From Phoronis australis (lineage: Eukaryota; Animalia; Phoronida): a DNA stretch of 63,001 nucleotides. Positions 1 to 12,862 of this stretch are shown piece after piece. Every line of letters starts with the position of its first letter. Within the stretch, counting starts at the first letter, position 1. Location: NCBI GenBank assembly GCA_002633005.1, contig NMRA01000302.1, forward strand, positions 191,822 through 254,822, written 5' to 3'. The notes under the pieces were generated by a model. That model saw nothing but the letters and a program-made list of their open reading frames with translations. It did not search any database and was not told the DNA's origin. The position numbers and the translations under genes were made by a program.

Positions 1-140
1 CCCCGTAGCGGATCCGCCTCCGATTGGCTACAGGGATGACTTCCCAACTTTGGTGTTGGCCAGGCTCAGTCCGGCGGAATCCCCGGCGAACAATGAAGTT
101 ACCCGCCGGGAGCCGTGAGCAACGGGAAAACGCCGTAATG
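1..140 (-). mobile_element. End of a divergent member of the CATTACGGCG-TIR non-autonomous DNA transposon family
   Basis: Ends GAGCAACGGGAAAACGCCGTAATG, the reverse complement of the terminus at 49306; shares ATTGGCTAC..TTCCCAACT with the 4889 copy. Confidence 0.55.
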
Positions 141-552
141 TTTTGCAAAAACCCGGAGCTCACTTACGGTGGGCCCTAGACCGTCCACCCAGTAACAGAG
201 ACAATGCACTGTGGCAAGAGTTGTTAGCTTTAATCTACTGTCCTCAGCGCTTATTTGGGGCCTGCCGGAGTGGCACTGACCTGGCTCCCCCACTGAGCCA
301 GACGGCACGCTAAATACTCTTCGATAGATTGGTTGCTCCGGCGGCCTCACGGGAGCGCTTCATGTTCAAGAAAATTAGTTCTCTCTAGTTCCACTAGGAG
401 GTTACGCGTCGCCGTTGCCCCGTTTCTGCGATAGTAACTCGGAGAAACGCAAGGCGCTTGTTGTTTTTCCCGGTTAGATATCGCCCGCAAGCGTTGAGCT
501 GTTGAGGGGGACTTGAAATGACGATGTTATAGGCAGTTATAAAGAAAAGACA

Positions 553-614
553 ATGGCTGTTGCAAGTTGCGCTTGGTTGACAAAAGAAGTGAAAGGAGAC
601 CCGCCAGCACCAAG
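553..614 (+). CDS. Kelch gene exon 1 (MAVASCAWLTKEVKGDPPAP)
   Basis: acaATGG start and AG|gtaacc donor; joins exon 2 to give PAPRQGH. Confidence 0.85.
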
Positions 615-3600
615 GTAACCCGAAATCGGGATGAAAGTGAACAGCCAGGCTGTCGTAGGCAGAAGTGATGCACTGATGGGTAAAGACCCAGTTGCCGGGT
701 CCCTATTCAGATCCGTGGCATTGATCAAACGTTTTTTCGATCAGTCCTTCGTACAGATTTCCCAAATCGGCAACTGCCCGGTTTTTACAATGTGAGCGCT
801 CCTTGCACACAAGAACTTGATAGGTGCGTGCACAGACACAGTCAAAAAGTGGCCACTCAGCTGCCGATTATAATCTTACGGACGGGAGTATTTTGTTCGA
901 TTTGGAAGGAATTAAAAAATGCCCCTCAATGCGCAAAATGTACCTATAACAATGTTACTTTGGTGTTTTAATCGGTTTGAGGCACAGATTCACCGAAAAG
1001 CTGTCCAGCGTATGAAACTCCTGAGCTTTACCGTACTGCTAGAGACGGTGGGGTTACTGCATGTCTATAGTCAGTGTAAGTAGTGTCACCGCCTCCACCA
1101 GCATTAGACATGGTGGCCATCCCATTAGAGATGGTGGCCATCCCATTAGAGATGGTGGCCATCCCATTAGAGATGGTGGCCATCCCATTAGAGATGGTGG
1201 CCATCCCATTAGAGATGGTGGCCATCCCATTAGAGATGGTGGCCATCCCATTAGAGATGGTGGCCATCCCATTGCCCCTTCATAAATGTTGGCAAGTTAT
1301 GCATCACACTGATTAAACTATCAAAGTCACGTTGCTATTCTAGTACTACTTTTTGCTCATAGAGGTACACCTTAATAAAGGAGACCGTTGGGGACATGTT
1401 TAATTCCTTCCAACTCAAACAAAACTTTTTCAACCAGACTTGCCCAAATTGGTAACTGGCCTTTTTCATTCGGAACGCGCCAAAAGAAATGACGTCATCA
1501 TTAGAATTGTGTCTGGTTGCTTTTCCATTATATTGAGGCACTACGGCGTTTTCTCGTTGCTCCCAACTTGTTCGATTCTACAGCCTGACAACAAGTTGGG
1601 AAGTTTACCCCTGTAGCCAATATCTTACATGACTGATTAATTCCATTCTGGCAATGGAGGGCCAGCACTCTTTTGTTAGATAATTGTTCTAATCTCCAAT
1701 GAGATCATATCTACCCTGACTGGGCTGTGTTGTTAAAAGTAAAAGTTAAGTTATAACGTATTTGAACATAAACCAATAGCAGTTCTGAAATCTTCGTCAA
1801 ATGGTTATCATGTTTAGTTTTTGAATCGCCAAAATCGCCCAACTGCAACTGAAGTTATGACAATCTATTCTTTCCGAATACACCAATTCACTCTGGGTTT
1901 GACTGGACGTGTTCACACCTGGTCTGTAATAAGCCTGGTAGATAATTGGCATGCCTGTTGTCATAAAACAGACAAAAGTCTGTTCTTGGCAGTTTACAAA
2001 GAAGCTAGATGTTATCACACGCTCACCACCTCCTACGTCTGGTTAAGTCACTGAACGGGAAAGCGCTGTCATGCAGATTTGATTTTTTCTCAGTCCCTTT
2101 CTAATCGATAATTCAACTTCAACTTTTCAACAAAAATGTACAAATTTCAAGTATTGTTTAAGTACATGGTGACTGTTGTGCAACTGGGAGTTATTTATAG
2201 CACTAACTTGTGGTAACACCTTTATCCATCAGTTAGTACATGCATACATGCATGGCCACTGTAGTGTATTCTTTTTTATCTGAGACATAACATCCTTGAT
2301 ACCAACATGTTGTTGTAGACAAGGACACAGTACTGCCCTCTGTGGAGATAAAATCTACCTCTTTGGTGGCCTGAGCACCTCGGATGATGGACAAACGTCA
2401 AAGTATCTCAACGACCTTTTTTGTTTGTCTGGTAAGCCATTTGTGTTTGTAAATTATGGTGTAAAAATGTGAATTAAGATTTTTGCTAATGTGAAATTTT
2501 TCTGGTAGCCATCTACTTTAGTCAACCGCAAACACAAGCGATGTGTTTGAATGTATTCAGGATCCTAGAAATTTTGTAGGAATCTGTTTTCATTTTGACT
2601 ATCTGCTATGTCCCCATGCAATTGTAAATCCCAACAAGTTTTGTAGCCCCTATTGGCTTGCAGCTCTTGAAAATATCGTTGCCAGATATTTGTGAGACCG
2701 ATGACATTCTGCTCTTTAAACTCAATAAACTCATCACTATAATTTTTCCCACAATTCTTCGAAATTTGATGGAACTCAGAATCCTGGCAACTTAGTGTCT
2801 CAATAAGAAATTTTTTCCCAGTAAAAGTTTGCTTGTTAGGCAAAAATACTGGAATTGTTTGAGGCATGTAACTAGTTGCATGGACATAGCACACTGCTGG
2901 GAAATTTCAGAGCAATTAAGAATGATTCTCATTTTCCATGGTTCATTACACACCCAGAGTGGAAAGTCAAACTACAGTATTGCTAAGCTGTCTGTGTTCA
3001 GCTGAGCTAGACTGATTAATTGGATTTGGCTGAGAGAAAACTAAGGGCCCTTTCAGATATTGTTAAGTCCATTTCTATGGAAGCTTCAATGTTGACAGTG
3101 ATTAACTGTGAAGTTAAACGTTACAGTTGCCACCAGCTTTGGAGTTATCCAAACAACTAATTTAGTGGAGGTTATCACAAGGTGGCTGAGTGTCAGCTGC
3201 TCTGAACAAAGACAGTATGGCAGGAATTGTTTTGCATACGTTCAGTGATTAGCAGATACGATGATAAATTGAAATAGAATGCCGATTCTGCCAAAATAAT
3301 CAAATACTAAAACAAAATTTTAACAAATATTAACCAATCATTGCCCTTGTTGGCAAATGCAGTGACCCATGTTGTTAACTACCTGTGGCATTTTAGTTAC
3401 GCGTTCCCATTGTAGTGAAGTGACCCACTTAGGTGTTCAATTCCCTTCTTTACTCCAGAGCGAACTTAAGCTGATAACTTAGATCCAAGACCAAAGTTTA
3501 ATGTTCTCGTGGACCAAAACTTTGCTACACCAAATTTTGGAGCCAGTGGGAAGGCCCTTCAGTTCTACTTTCTGTATATCCACAATAATGATTGGCCAGT

Positions 3601-6600
3601 TGACAAATACTAGTGCATGTTTTCAAGTACCGAGCTTATATGTAAACCATTTGCCCATTGCATTTATGTTTGAATATTGACCTCTCTTGTTTGCAAGGTG
3701 GACAACTCTGAGTTTTCACGAAGCAGGCTTGGTACTGAGTCATATTCGTTTCATGGCATATCTGAACATTATGAATTGAGTTCAACACCTAAATGACCTT
3801 TTGGTGTCGTTGTGCAACTACTTGTTAGTTAGACTATTTACTTTTGTAGGCAAATTGGCAAGTATCTACCTGATTTCTCTCTTCTGACATCATCAATTTC
3901 TGGGAATCTTACAGATTCTCCATGATTCTGAATCCAAATATAAGCTGGAAAAAATGGGAAACATGTTTTGTTGGAAAACACAAATATAAAAAAAATGTCA
4001 AAATTTGGAGTGTTGTGATTTTTATGTTCTCAGTCACTGCATGCATATTTTGTTTGAGGTGTGTTCGTCTGTTAGCCTTACATTTGTATGTAGGTGTTGC
4101 AGCTCAGAAGGTTTCATGGTACCAAATAATTATTGAATTTCAAATTATCTCATTGTGTTCCAGTAACCCCTGCAGACTTGACATGGCTCAAAGTTTTACA
4201 ACAAGGTGATGTACCATTGTGTAGGGAGGGTCATAACATGTGGTACGTACGTCTACAGCAGCACGATCCAATATTATCAAAGCACTCAGTCAGCCTTTTT
4301 TGATAAAAGTAACTTTGTTTGTTTATCGAATACTGTTTCACTACAGATGATCACAGTGCCTCATTTTTGCTTGGGCCAGCTTCTATGACCTACTTGTGAC
4401 TCACGAACATTGTACATACATTGTGGTATACCTGCACAGATGATCTCCTTGTACAAACTATTTACATATTATGTGTAAATCTCAGCGTAGAATGATTATT
4501 TCGGGAGAGTAGTTTTGCTGAATGGGAGCATTCATCTAGCCCACAGTCTTATTAACTAATCAGCCACTCAGTAGTTGCCATCTCCAACAATCTCATGAGT
4601 CATGTGATTTCAACGATGTATAGTCAGACATGGCTTTACCTCTTATGAGAAGCAGTACATGATGTCAGATCCAAAATATTGTGTCCGGGCACTTGTCTAC
4701 ATGAGACAATTCATTGGAGGCTTGGTTATTCAATCCCATAGGGGATAATAAAATAATTATCTTCACAGCCAGGTCCATGAACCCTTTCTTAACCTGTGTT
4801 TGCTTACACAGGCCAACAGAGACAGTTGTATGACTAAGAAAGAAGGGTTCACAAAGAACTACTTTCACTGACCTGGCGTAGGCTTTTTCATTACAGCGTT
4901 CTGTCGTTCAGTAACTTTTCCAGATGTGAGGGCTGATGAACGTGCGATAACATCTGGCTCTTTTGTTAACTGCCCAGCTCAGTCTTTTGTCCCAAGCAGG
5001 CCAATTATCTCACAGGCTTCAAATGAAACGTATGGTGGTTGCACACTATTACCGAATGCGTATTCAGAACACAGTCAAACCCTGTGCTTTGGTAATCTGT
5101 TTGGATAAAATAGATTGCCTAAAATTCTGTTGTAGTTGGGCGATTTTGGTGATTCAAAAACTTAACATGATCAGCATTTGACGAGGAATTCAGAAATGCT
5201 ATTGGTTTAAGCTCAGATATGTTATAACTCAACTTTCATTTTTGTCAGCCCAGCCCAGTCAGGGCAGATACGATCTGATCGGAGATTAGAGCAGTTATCG
5301 AACAAAAGAGCGCAGGCCCTCCAACCATGAATGCCAGAATGGAGTTAATCAGTCGTGTAAGATATTGGCTACGGGGGTAAACTTCCCAACTTGTTGTTGG
5401 GCTATAGAATCGAAAGAGTTGGGAGCAACGAGATGTCGCTGTCATGCCCTGCAAGTTCAAAATGATTTATTTTGAATTGTGATTTCCATCCCAACGGAAG
5501 GAGAAATTTATTTCAAACTCATTTCATCCAAATTTTATTTTTCATCATGATTCGCAGCTTCTCGTGTTTGCACAGTACTTAAAGCACCATGCAGTAAAGA
5601 GGTTCTCCCAAATGTGCCACCTGTTGGTGCAGACAAGCAAGCATAGAAGCAATAATTAAAATGAAAAGAAAGCTGGTTTGTCTTTGAAGTTTATAATTAT
5701 GTCATCAAATGTTGCATTGCTTATTTGAGTAAAGGGTTGGACTCAGTAGAGATATGAACAACAGACTACAAACTTATGAATGTACTTTGAAAGATGCCTA
5801 CTTTTGTTATGGCGTTTTTCAGTGCCATTCAGAAGAACCTTTATCTATATGGAGGCTCAGGCAGCTTAGAGTCAGACGAATGCCTTCCTGATTTATACTG
5901 CTTTGATACTGGTACGTCTCTGTCATCAGGTATAGTCACTTACATGGGTCCTGGATTTTGAGAACCAGTTTCCTCCACTGGGCAACGGGCATAAAACTGG
6001 TTCTTGAAATACTGGAACTCTTGTGACTTGTTCCTCAACATACTGTTCTGGAGGTTGATTCCTTTTCACCCAGTGTCTTGATCATCCAATCAGGAGTGAG
6101 AATTATCAGTGGAAAGATTGGACCTTGCAATGAATTGACCCAGAAATGCGAAGGACTGATGAAGTTAGAAGGGCAATTAACAGAAGTCTGGAAGGTTGTT
6201 AAGGCATTCTTTAATTAGAATTTTTACGAACTTTTGTAAGACAACAATTAAAATAGTCATTACCACTCATTTTTACTGTCAAGACAGTGAAATGCTATTT
6301 TATCTGAATATGTTTGTCTTAGTATATTGTATGAGCAAGAATTTGGTGAAGATTCCTTGTGATAGGAATGTCAAGTGTTATCTCAGTCATTTGGTCAGTG
6401 CTCTGTCACATTTGGTCAGCTCTCTGTCACATGAAACTTTTGAAGCAATTAAAGGAACAACATTGCTTGTATGGCCAAAATGCATTTTTGGGGTTATGGG
6501 TTGATAGTGTAGAGTTTTTGAAGATATCATTTTTACCAGTCATGGAGCATAAAACAACAAAATATGTTTTTCCTGTCATTTTAAATTGTCAATTCTTACC

Positions 6601-9600
6601 GTTACCTGCCAGCCATTTTCTGATTATAATAATACCTGATAATGCCAGTAATGTTACTGCAATGGTCTAAAATTATTCCATCTTCCTTAGGCTCTTCTAT
6701 ATGGTCTGTCTGTTCTTGTCGGGGTCATGAACCAAGGACCTTGAACTCTTCCATGTGTGCCATTGGTAAGGCGCTGTTCGTTTTTGGTGGAATTTATGAT
6801 GGAGAAGCTAGCAGCGACATCTACATGTGTCACGTCGACAGTCTGGTATGGACGCCATTGAAAGTGTCTGGCATCCCTCCTGAACCCAGGTACATAGGCT
6901 TGCGTTCTTTCTTTCATGGATGGATTAACCATATTGTGTGCAATGCTTTGTGGAAAAATGTCTGATTGACGTATTGATTAATTGGTTGATTTATTTGACT
7001 TTACCATACCATATAATGCTATAGTACAATGCAATGCAGTTCAAAGATTAGACCTTGGGCCCCAGTCAAACTTCATTCAGCTCGGTTAAAAAGATGTCTT
7101 GGTCCAGTATAGAGTGAAACACGATGTGTTCTCAGGTGTGTTTTATTGCACGACTGCATGGTCTGCCAGCTGTAAGGGCATGGAATATTGAGCATCAAAA
7201 TGTGCACCAAGTTTGTTAAGAAACTACACCGTAAACCTTTCACGCAGTATGGTAATGACACATGCAATGTTATGTTGAATTTTCAAATCCAATTCTTGTG
7301 TTGAAAGTAACTTCGTATTTTGTCAGGTGTGATCACGCTTGTGCTGCCGTGGGCGACGTGATGTACATATTTGGAGGCAGCGGGGATGAGAATATTTACT
7401 TCAATGATGTCTTCACCTTTGATACAGGTCACTAATAAATTAGGTGTCATAGAAAGTGTGATGCACCCTGTCTTTGAATAGTTTTAACTTTTACAATGTG
7501 ATGTTCATGGTCCGTAAAGATTGATGTTAATTTGAGCTCATTTGTTTTTAACTAATTTTTTCCACATTTTTAACGATTCATGTCTGATGGTAAGAATGTG
7601 GAGATTATGAACTATGAACTATGTCTCCAAGCTCATTTCAATTGGTTAAATACACTACTAACTCCATCTATTGAGAAATGCATTTGTTTCTTGCGACAGC
7701 TGCTACAGGAAGAACAGCTAATTGATGCTTTTCACACAATTTATGTTTTTGTCATTAACTCCAGATAACAAGACGTCAAATAAAACAAAAACAATTCATT
7801 GCAATTGTTTCATGGCTCATTTTCGGACCTTACATTTATGACAGATGACCGAACCAAGGCTTGTGCACTGATGCCCATGCTCGAATTTTTGTGTCATTTA
7901 TCATCCTTCCATATAAGCCAGTCTCTTTCAGGCGTCTCACTGTGATAGATGGTAACTTATATTTAGCAACTTTGTTGCATTCTGTACAGTCATATAGTTA
8001 TCGTTCACCTTTAGTACATGCATATTTGGAGTCAGTGAACGCAGATCTGCTTCCCATGCTCAATTCATTCTTATACTGTTGTAGTCACCCTCACTTGGTG
8101 TGAAGTGTCAGTCAGTGGCGAGCTACCTATCCCTAGAGGATGTCACACATTTACGGCACATCACAACAAGGTGAAAGTTGTGAAATATATCTGTTGTCTA
8201 TAGTATTGTGAAATTAAGATTTCTCATTTTGCAAGTCTGGGTTATGGCTGAAATCTTATAATCCACATTTTATACTGTTCAACGTGTTCGCAAAATGCTG
8301 GAATTTGGTTCCTCAAATTTACTTGTTTCTATTTTACTGAAAGTGTGCATATTTTTCTTTATTCAAAAGCAAGTGAGTCCTGCAGAAGGTCAGGTGTAAT
8401 TTCTTGTCTTATTGTTCAAAATGATACGTGGTTTCAAAACGGTTTTTATATTAATTTGACCTATTGATTAGATGCATAATTATTTTTTAAATTGATCACA
8501 AAGTGGCATAGGTTGCTGTTTTTCTGAAGATGAACGTGCGTCAATTTTAACCATCACTTTCAAAGGACATCTACGTTTTTGGCGGCTTCAACAGTAACCA
8601 AGGCAACATGCTGAGTGGCTGTGGAGATCTTGTCAAACTGAGTTTGCATAAACTGAAGTGGAAGAAACCACTCTACACCGGTATTATTGCCAAGCGACGG
8701 TTTAATCATACTGCGACTATAGTGCACTCAAACGTACGTACATCATACAATTCCTTAGCCTCTGTCAAATAATTAGTTAACCCAGTAATTCCCATTTAGA
8801 AATGGTTGGGATATTATTCTGTCTCATCCCCTTAGCCATATTTGTCGTAAATAGTAAAGTTGAATTTAGTGGAGTTTTATAAAGGAATTTAAAAGATTAC
8901 AAAGCTGCTTGTAAGCTGGTATTGTATTTTAATCAGACTTTTGTTGCCAGAGGGTTAAGAGATTATGTGAGCTTTGGGTTACTAAGGAGTAATTATACAG
9001 ATCAACAGGAAGGATTAATTTTTGACTCACCATTTATCTTTAATATTTCTTTCACAATGCTACATGTACATGATGGTGCTGTGACCCTAAGTACATTTAT
9101 GAGTGACTGCCTGAAAGATGTCCAATGTGGAGATTTATATCTCAGAGGTGTCTGTTCAGATTCAAATGAAACTTTTAGATTTATTTATTAATGCACTGCT
9201 CCCAAAATGTTTTAATTTACAATTTTTTATTCTCATGTGTGCATAAAGTCTACCAAAAACTGGGACTTTTATGATTTTCTGAGAAAATTAAAAAGTTGTG
9301 TAATACATTAAATAAAATTTAGAAAAATTGAATCTGAATTTTTGAGATATCTATTTATATTGAATTGGTCAATCCATGTTCTTAATTGTAGCATTTTTTA
9401 CATAAATGTTCCTTTGTTTTTTACCAGTGTTTAGTACGAAGACGTGGTCATGTGACTCAATCTGTAGTAGATTAGTATAAAGTCCAAAATAAAAAATCTC
9501 AAAATTTACGCAATCACTTTGTGTTTTCGTTTTTAACCATGAATTACTGATTGCGATAGTTTTGAAGTTTTCAACGTTGCTGTTGGCACAGAATGATAAC

Positions 9601-12600
9601 ATACTGTGATTATCTTCATTAGCTTCTCAAACAATTTGCTTTGACCTTATTTGAGTGGTCTTGTGTTCCCCAGCTGTATGTCATAGGAGGCATGGGTGAC
9701 AGTGGACAGTTCAATGACGTCAGTGTTTGCAAGCTGATCAACCCGTCCGACAGAAAGCCAAGTAAGTGTGCTTTATGTAAACTGAGTGTAACTGGTCTTG
9801 GCCAATACTGTCATGTATGAGTGTATTGTAAAATGTAAAATTTTAATGCAAAATCACATGCATTAAAACAATGTTTTCTCTTAGACTACTTTACTTTATA
9901 CTCGTCTGTCATGATAGTAATTGATGATTTCATTCTCATTAAATCATTGAATGCGTTATTGTGGCAATGGTGTGTCAGATGCACATGACAAAACTACTGC
10001 TGCCACCTATGGGTGCAGTGAGGAATGAATGGCCTGGTGATAAACGAGGTGGCTAGTAAGTAGTGAATATTATACTGCAACTATTAATAGACAACTTGCA
10101 TATTAATCGTGCTTCTTGCAGTCTTTAAAGACCTAATGATGGACATGGGTATACCATCAAGGAGCACAGAGTTCGTGCCGACAGTTCGGCCTTTGTACAG
10201 CTATGAGCTCACACATGCACCATACACTAAACCGAAGGAACACACAGTTGATGCGCTGGATCTACAAGGCAAGAAGGACTTGAGCTACATTCGCGATCTC
10301 GCCAAGGAGTCAGTGGACAAGGCTATTGTCGCTCTTGAGGAGCAGTTCAATCAGCTCAACCGGTAAGTCATCAGGCTAATGAACTTAGTTAGTCCTGGTC
10401 TGTTTTATTTTTGAAAATTAAGTCAGTAGTGTGCTTTTTTCTTTTTTTTTTCATTGCACACTTTTTCAAAAAATGACTTCCCCATTCTAGTCTTGCTGTT
10501 CCGTGACAACTGAAGCTATCACAGTAGGGAAATTTCAAGACAGATTGTGAGAACTTTTAGTGTACAGTTACTGCAATTTGGTAGTTCTTCTTGCTCACGA
10601 TATGACTGACAAGTGAAATTCTAAACTGTAATTGTATAGATTGAGTAAAGTCTAGTCTATTTCTAGCATGGGGTGTACTGAGTAGATGGGGAAGTTTCCA
10701 ATATTTGCAGCAAAATAATCAGTCTCTGGAAAATGGAGAGTTGCAATTTTACCAAATGTTTTTGCACAGAGTAAAGTGAGAATCACTGTACATTTTCAAT
10801 CATCATGCTATTATCCCAGTGAAGTGGCAACAATCATTACGTGCCCCCCTACTAAAAAGCGACTGGATGCTTTGGGCTGATTAACATTAATCAGATATTA
10901 GTGCTCCAAACCTAGCTAGCCTTTTGTTATTCAACAAAGGAGCAGCATTAAAGAGTAAAAAGGAGCAACGGTGCCACAAATAGCCTGTTCTGCAGGTAAA
11001 ATATTTTACGGTTTGCAGTGCCATCTCTAGGATCTATCTCTGTTCTCTATTCTCCAAACAAATGCTCTCTAAATCACAACTGGTAAGAAACATTCAATGT
11101 CGATGGTTGGGAAATGAGATTTAACACCTAATGTTTACATCACTTTGACCTGTTGGCCTTTTAAACTAGTGAGAAGGCAGAGTTTGCCTTGGAAAAAGCA
11201 GCGGCAGAAGAGGAACGTGAGGAGCGTAAAAGATTGTATGCCAGCCAACAGGAGGAGCTGCAGTCTATGCTGGACAAACACCAGGAAATCAATGAAGACT
11301 GGCTCGAGAACAGGAGAATTGAGAATGACGGGGAAAGGCGGGAATTAGCCTCATTGCGGGTAAGTTGTCTGAAATGTTAAGCAAGGATCAATTTGTTTAA
11401 AATCTGTTTATTTCATCGAACAAACCTTACATCAAGTAATTCTCATGCCTGCCTGCAAATTGAAGTCAAGCAGTAAATGATATTGTGGTTCCACTTTGTT
11501 TGACTTGTTGCAGTAGCAAGTTTGAATTCCACCTTTAGCGTTTGGCTTAGTACTAGCACCGAGTTTTGAAAAATCTGAGCAACAACTTTGAGCTTTTGGG
11601 AGATTACTTTTAGCAACTGTGGGCATTTTGGACTTATGGGAGCAGTCCAATGCATTTAATCCAATGCTTAGCACTTGCACTAGCTCCTCATAATGTAAGC
11701 ACAGGCTTTTGAACGTGTTCGTGAATTTTGTAATTTCATGGAATTGGCCTGAGTTTTCTGTTCTGGAAAACACTGTCACCTAATTGTTTCCCTTTTATCA
11801 CTTCTAGGCTTTCTGAAAAGTTACTTGTAATACGGCGTCACTTTAAAGCCACTTAATGGTAGACCGTGCTGAAATCTGTAAGAACAGACCTAACAAAATT
11901 CCTTTTCTCTGTACCCTGACTCCTCATGAGTTTTGCTAAGTTTCTACTTCTCATCAATCATGATTTGCAATTTCAAATGACCCCACACTTCATTTTTTTT
12001 ACAGCTTAAAGGATTTATGTATGTCACAGAAATTTTGTTTTTATCTTCGACAAACTGAAATCAATATTACCTTGAATAAGAGCCAAGGACTAGAACTAAT
12101 AAACTAGTGAAGTCTCTCTCTCTCNNNNNNNNNNNNNNNNNNNNNNNNNNNNNNNNNNNNNNNNNNNNNNNNNNNNNNNNNNNNNNNNNNNNNNNNNNNN
12201 NNNNNNNNNNNNNNNNNNNNNNNNNNNNNNNNNNNNNNNNNNNNNNNNNNNNNNNNNNNNNNNNCAGGATTTTGAGTTGGGGGGGGGGGCAGGGGAAGGT
12301 ATTAGCCAGGATTTTGCCCGTCAGACATTCGCACCCCTGAACTGTCAAATGGAATCTGGAAAAAATCCACCACTGGTCATAACGGACATATTATTTTCCT
12401 TTTTTGTTTACCTATTTTGAGCTTGGAGAGGTTAACTAGTCCCATGATGGCGTAGAATTTTGTGGACAGTTGTAAATCACGGGTGTCCCTTACACTCAAT
12501 AGTCCTTTTGAAAATTGACATATAAATTCAGTGAAAGTAGTTCATTGTGAACCCTGCTCTTAGTCATACAACTGTCCCAAATTAACACAGGTTAACAAAG

Positions 12601-12862
12601 GGTTGATGATGCTGGCTGAGTTGATAATTGTTTTATTACTTCCACTGGTTTTGAATAGCCAAGCCCTCAATGACAGCAATGCAAAAATGGCTGTCCAGGG
12701 AGCCTTGCTCTTCTGTTATTGCTTTTACAGGTTGTTGACATTGTTTGCTTCTTCCAGGCAAAAGTGATCGCTGATCAAGAGAGACTGATGAAGGAGCAGG
12801 ATGACTTGGCCATGAAAACGAAAAACCTTCATAGTGTTATGCAGCAGTTCAAGGATGTTTGA
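553..12862 (+). CDS. Kelch-repeat beta-propeller protein with C-terminal coiled coil, 12 exons, 506 aa
   Basis: Manually spliced GT-AG exons with consistent phases: 553-614, 2319-2431, 4164-4242, 5823-5911, 6691-6889, 7327-7427, 8085-8170, 8566-8733, 9674-9761, 10122-10362, 11170-11359, 12758-12862 (1521 nt, ATG to TGA). Six Kelch GG motifs: PAPRQGHS..IYLFGG, REGH..LYLYGG, LFVFGG, PRCDH..MYIFGG, PRGCH..IYVFGG, RRFNH..LYVIGG. E/R/K/Q-rich helical tail. The orthologue cannot be named without a search. Confidence 0.92.
1102..1273. repeat. 21-bp minisatellite (GATGGTGGCCATCCCATTAGA), ~8 copies, in Kelch intron 1
   Basis: Near-perfect tandem copies; explains the spurious repetitive ORFs on both strands. 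Confidence 0.97.
1539..2073 (+). mobile_element. ~540-bp non-autonomous DNA transposon, copy 1
   Basis: Imperfect ~20-bp TIRs (CAYTACGGCGTTTTCYCGTT / AACGGGAAAGCGCTGTCATG); colinear with 4889-5446 (inverted) and 49306-49829. Confidence 0.8.
2319..2431 (+). CDS. Kelch gene exon 2
   Basis: QGHSTALCGDKIYLFGGLSTSDDGQTSKYLNDLFCLS; tag acceptor, gtaag donor. Confidence 0.9.
4164..4242 (+). CDS. Kelch gene exon 3
   Basis: TPADLTWLKVLQQGDVPLCREGHNM; phases fit. Confidence 0.88.
4889..5446 (-). mobile_element. ~540-bp non-autonomous DNA transposon, copy 2 (inverted)
   Basis: Reverse-complement homolog of 1539-2073 and 49306-49829. Confidence 0.8.
5823..5911 (+). CDS. Kelch gene exon 4
   Basis: AIQKNLYLYGGSGSLESDECLPDLYCFDT. 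Confidence 0.9.
6691..6889 (+). CDS. Kelch gene exon 5
   Basis: SSIWSVCSCRGHEPR...LFVFGGIYDG...LVWTPLKVSGIPPEP. Confidence 0.92.
7327..7427 (+). CDS. Kelch gene exon 6
   Basis: CDHACAAVGDVMYIFGGSGDENIYFNDVFTFDT. Confidence 0.92.
8085..8170 (+). CDS. Kelch gene exon 7
   Basis: TLTWCEVSVSGELPIPRGCHTFTAHHNK. Confidence 0.88.
8566..8733 (+). CDS. Kelch gene exon 8
   Basis: DIYVFGGFNSN...LKWKKPLYTGIIAKRRFNHTATIVHSN. Confidence 0.9.
9674..9761 (+). CDS. Kelch gene exon 9
   Basis: LYVIGGMGDSGQFNDVSVCKLINPSDRKP. Confidence 0.9.
10122..10362 (+). CDS. Kelch gene exon 10
   Basis: FKDLMMDMGIPS...AIVALEEQFNQLN; canonical splice sites. Confidence 0.88.
11170..11359 (+). CDS. Kelch gene exon 11 (coiled coil)
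   Basis: EKAEFALEKAAAEEEREERKRLYASQQEELQSML...RELASLR. Confidence 0.9.
12125..12264. other. Assembly gap (N run) next to a (CT)n tract
   Basis: N bases. Confidence 1.
12758..12862 (+). CDS. Kelch gene exon 12 (terminal)
   Basis: AKVIADQERLMKEQDDLAMKTKNLHSVMQQFKDV*, followed by AT-rich sequence typical of a 3'UTR. Confidence 0.85.
   Translation, partial: AKVIADQERLMKEQDDLAMKTKNLHSVMQQFKDV

Noticed and set aside
1028-1316. Repetitive ORFs (MATISNG)n, (GGHPIRD)n and similar
   Set aside because: By-products of a stop-free 21-bp minisatellite inside an intron.
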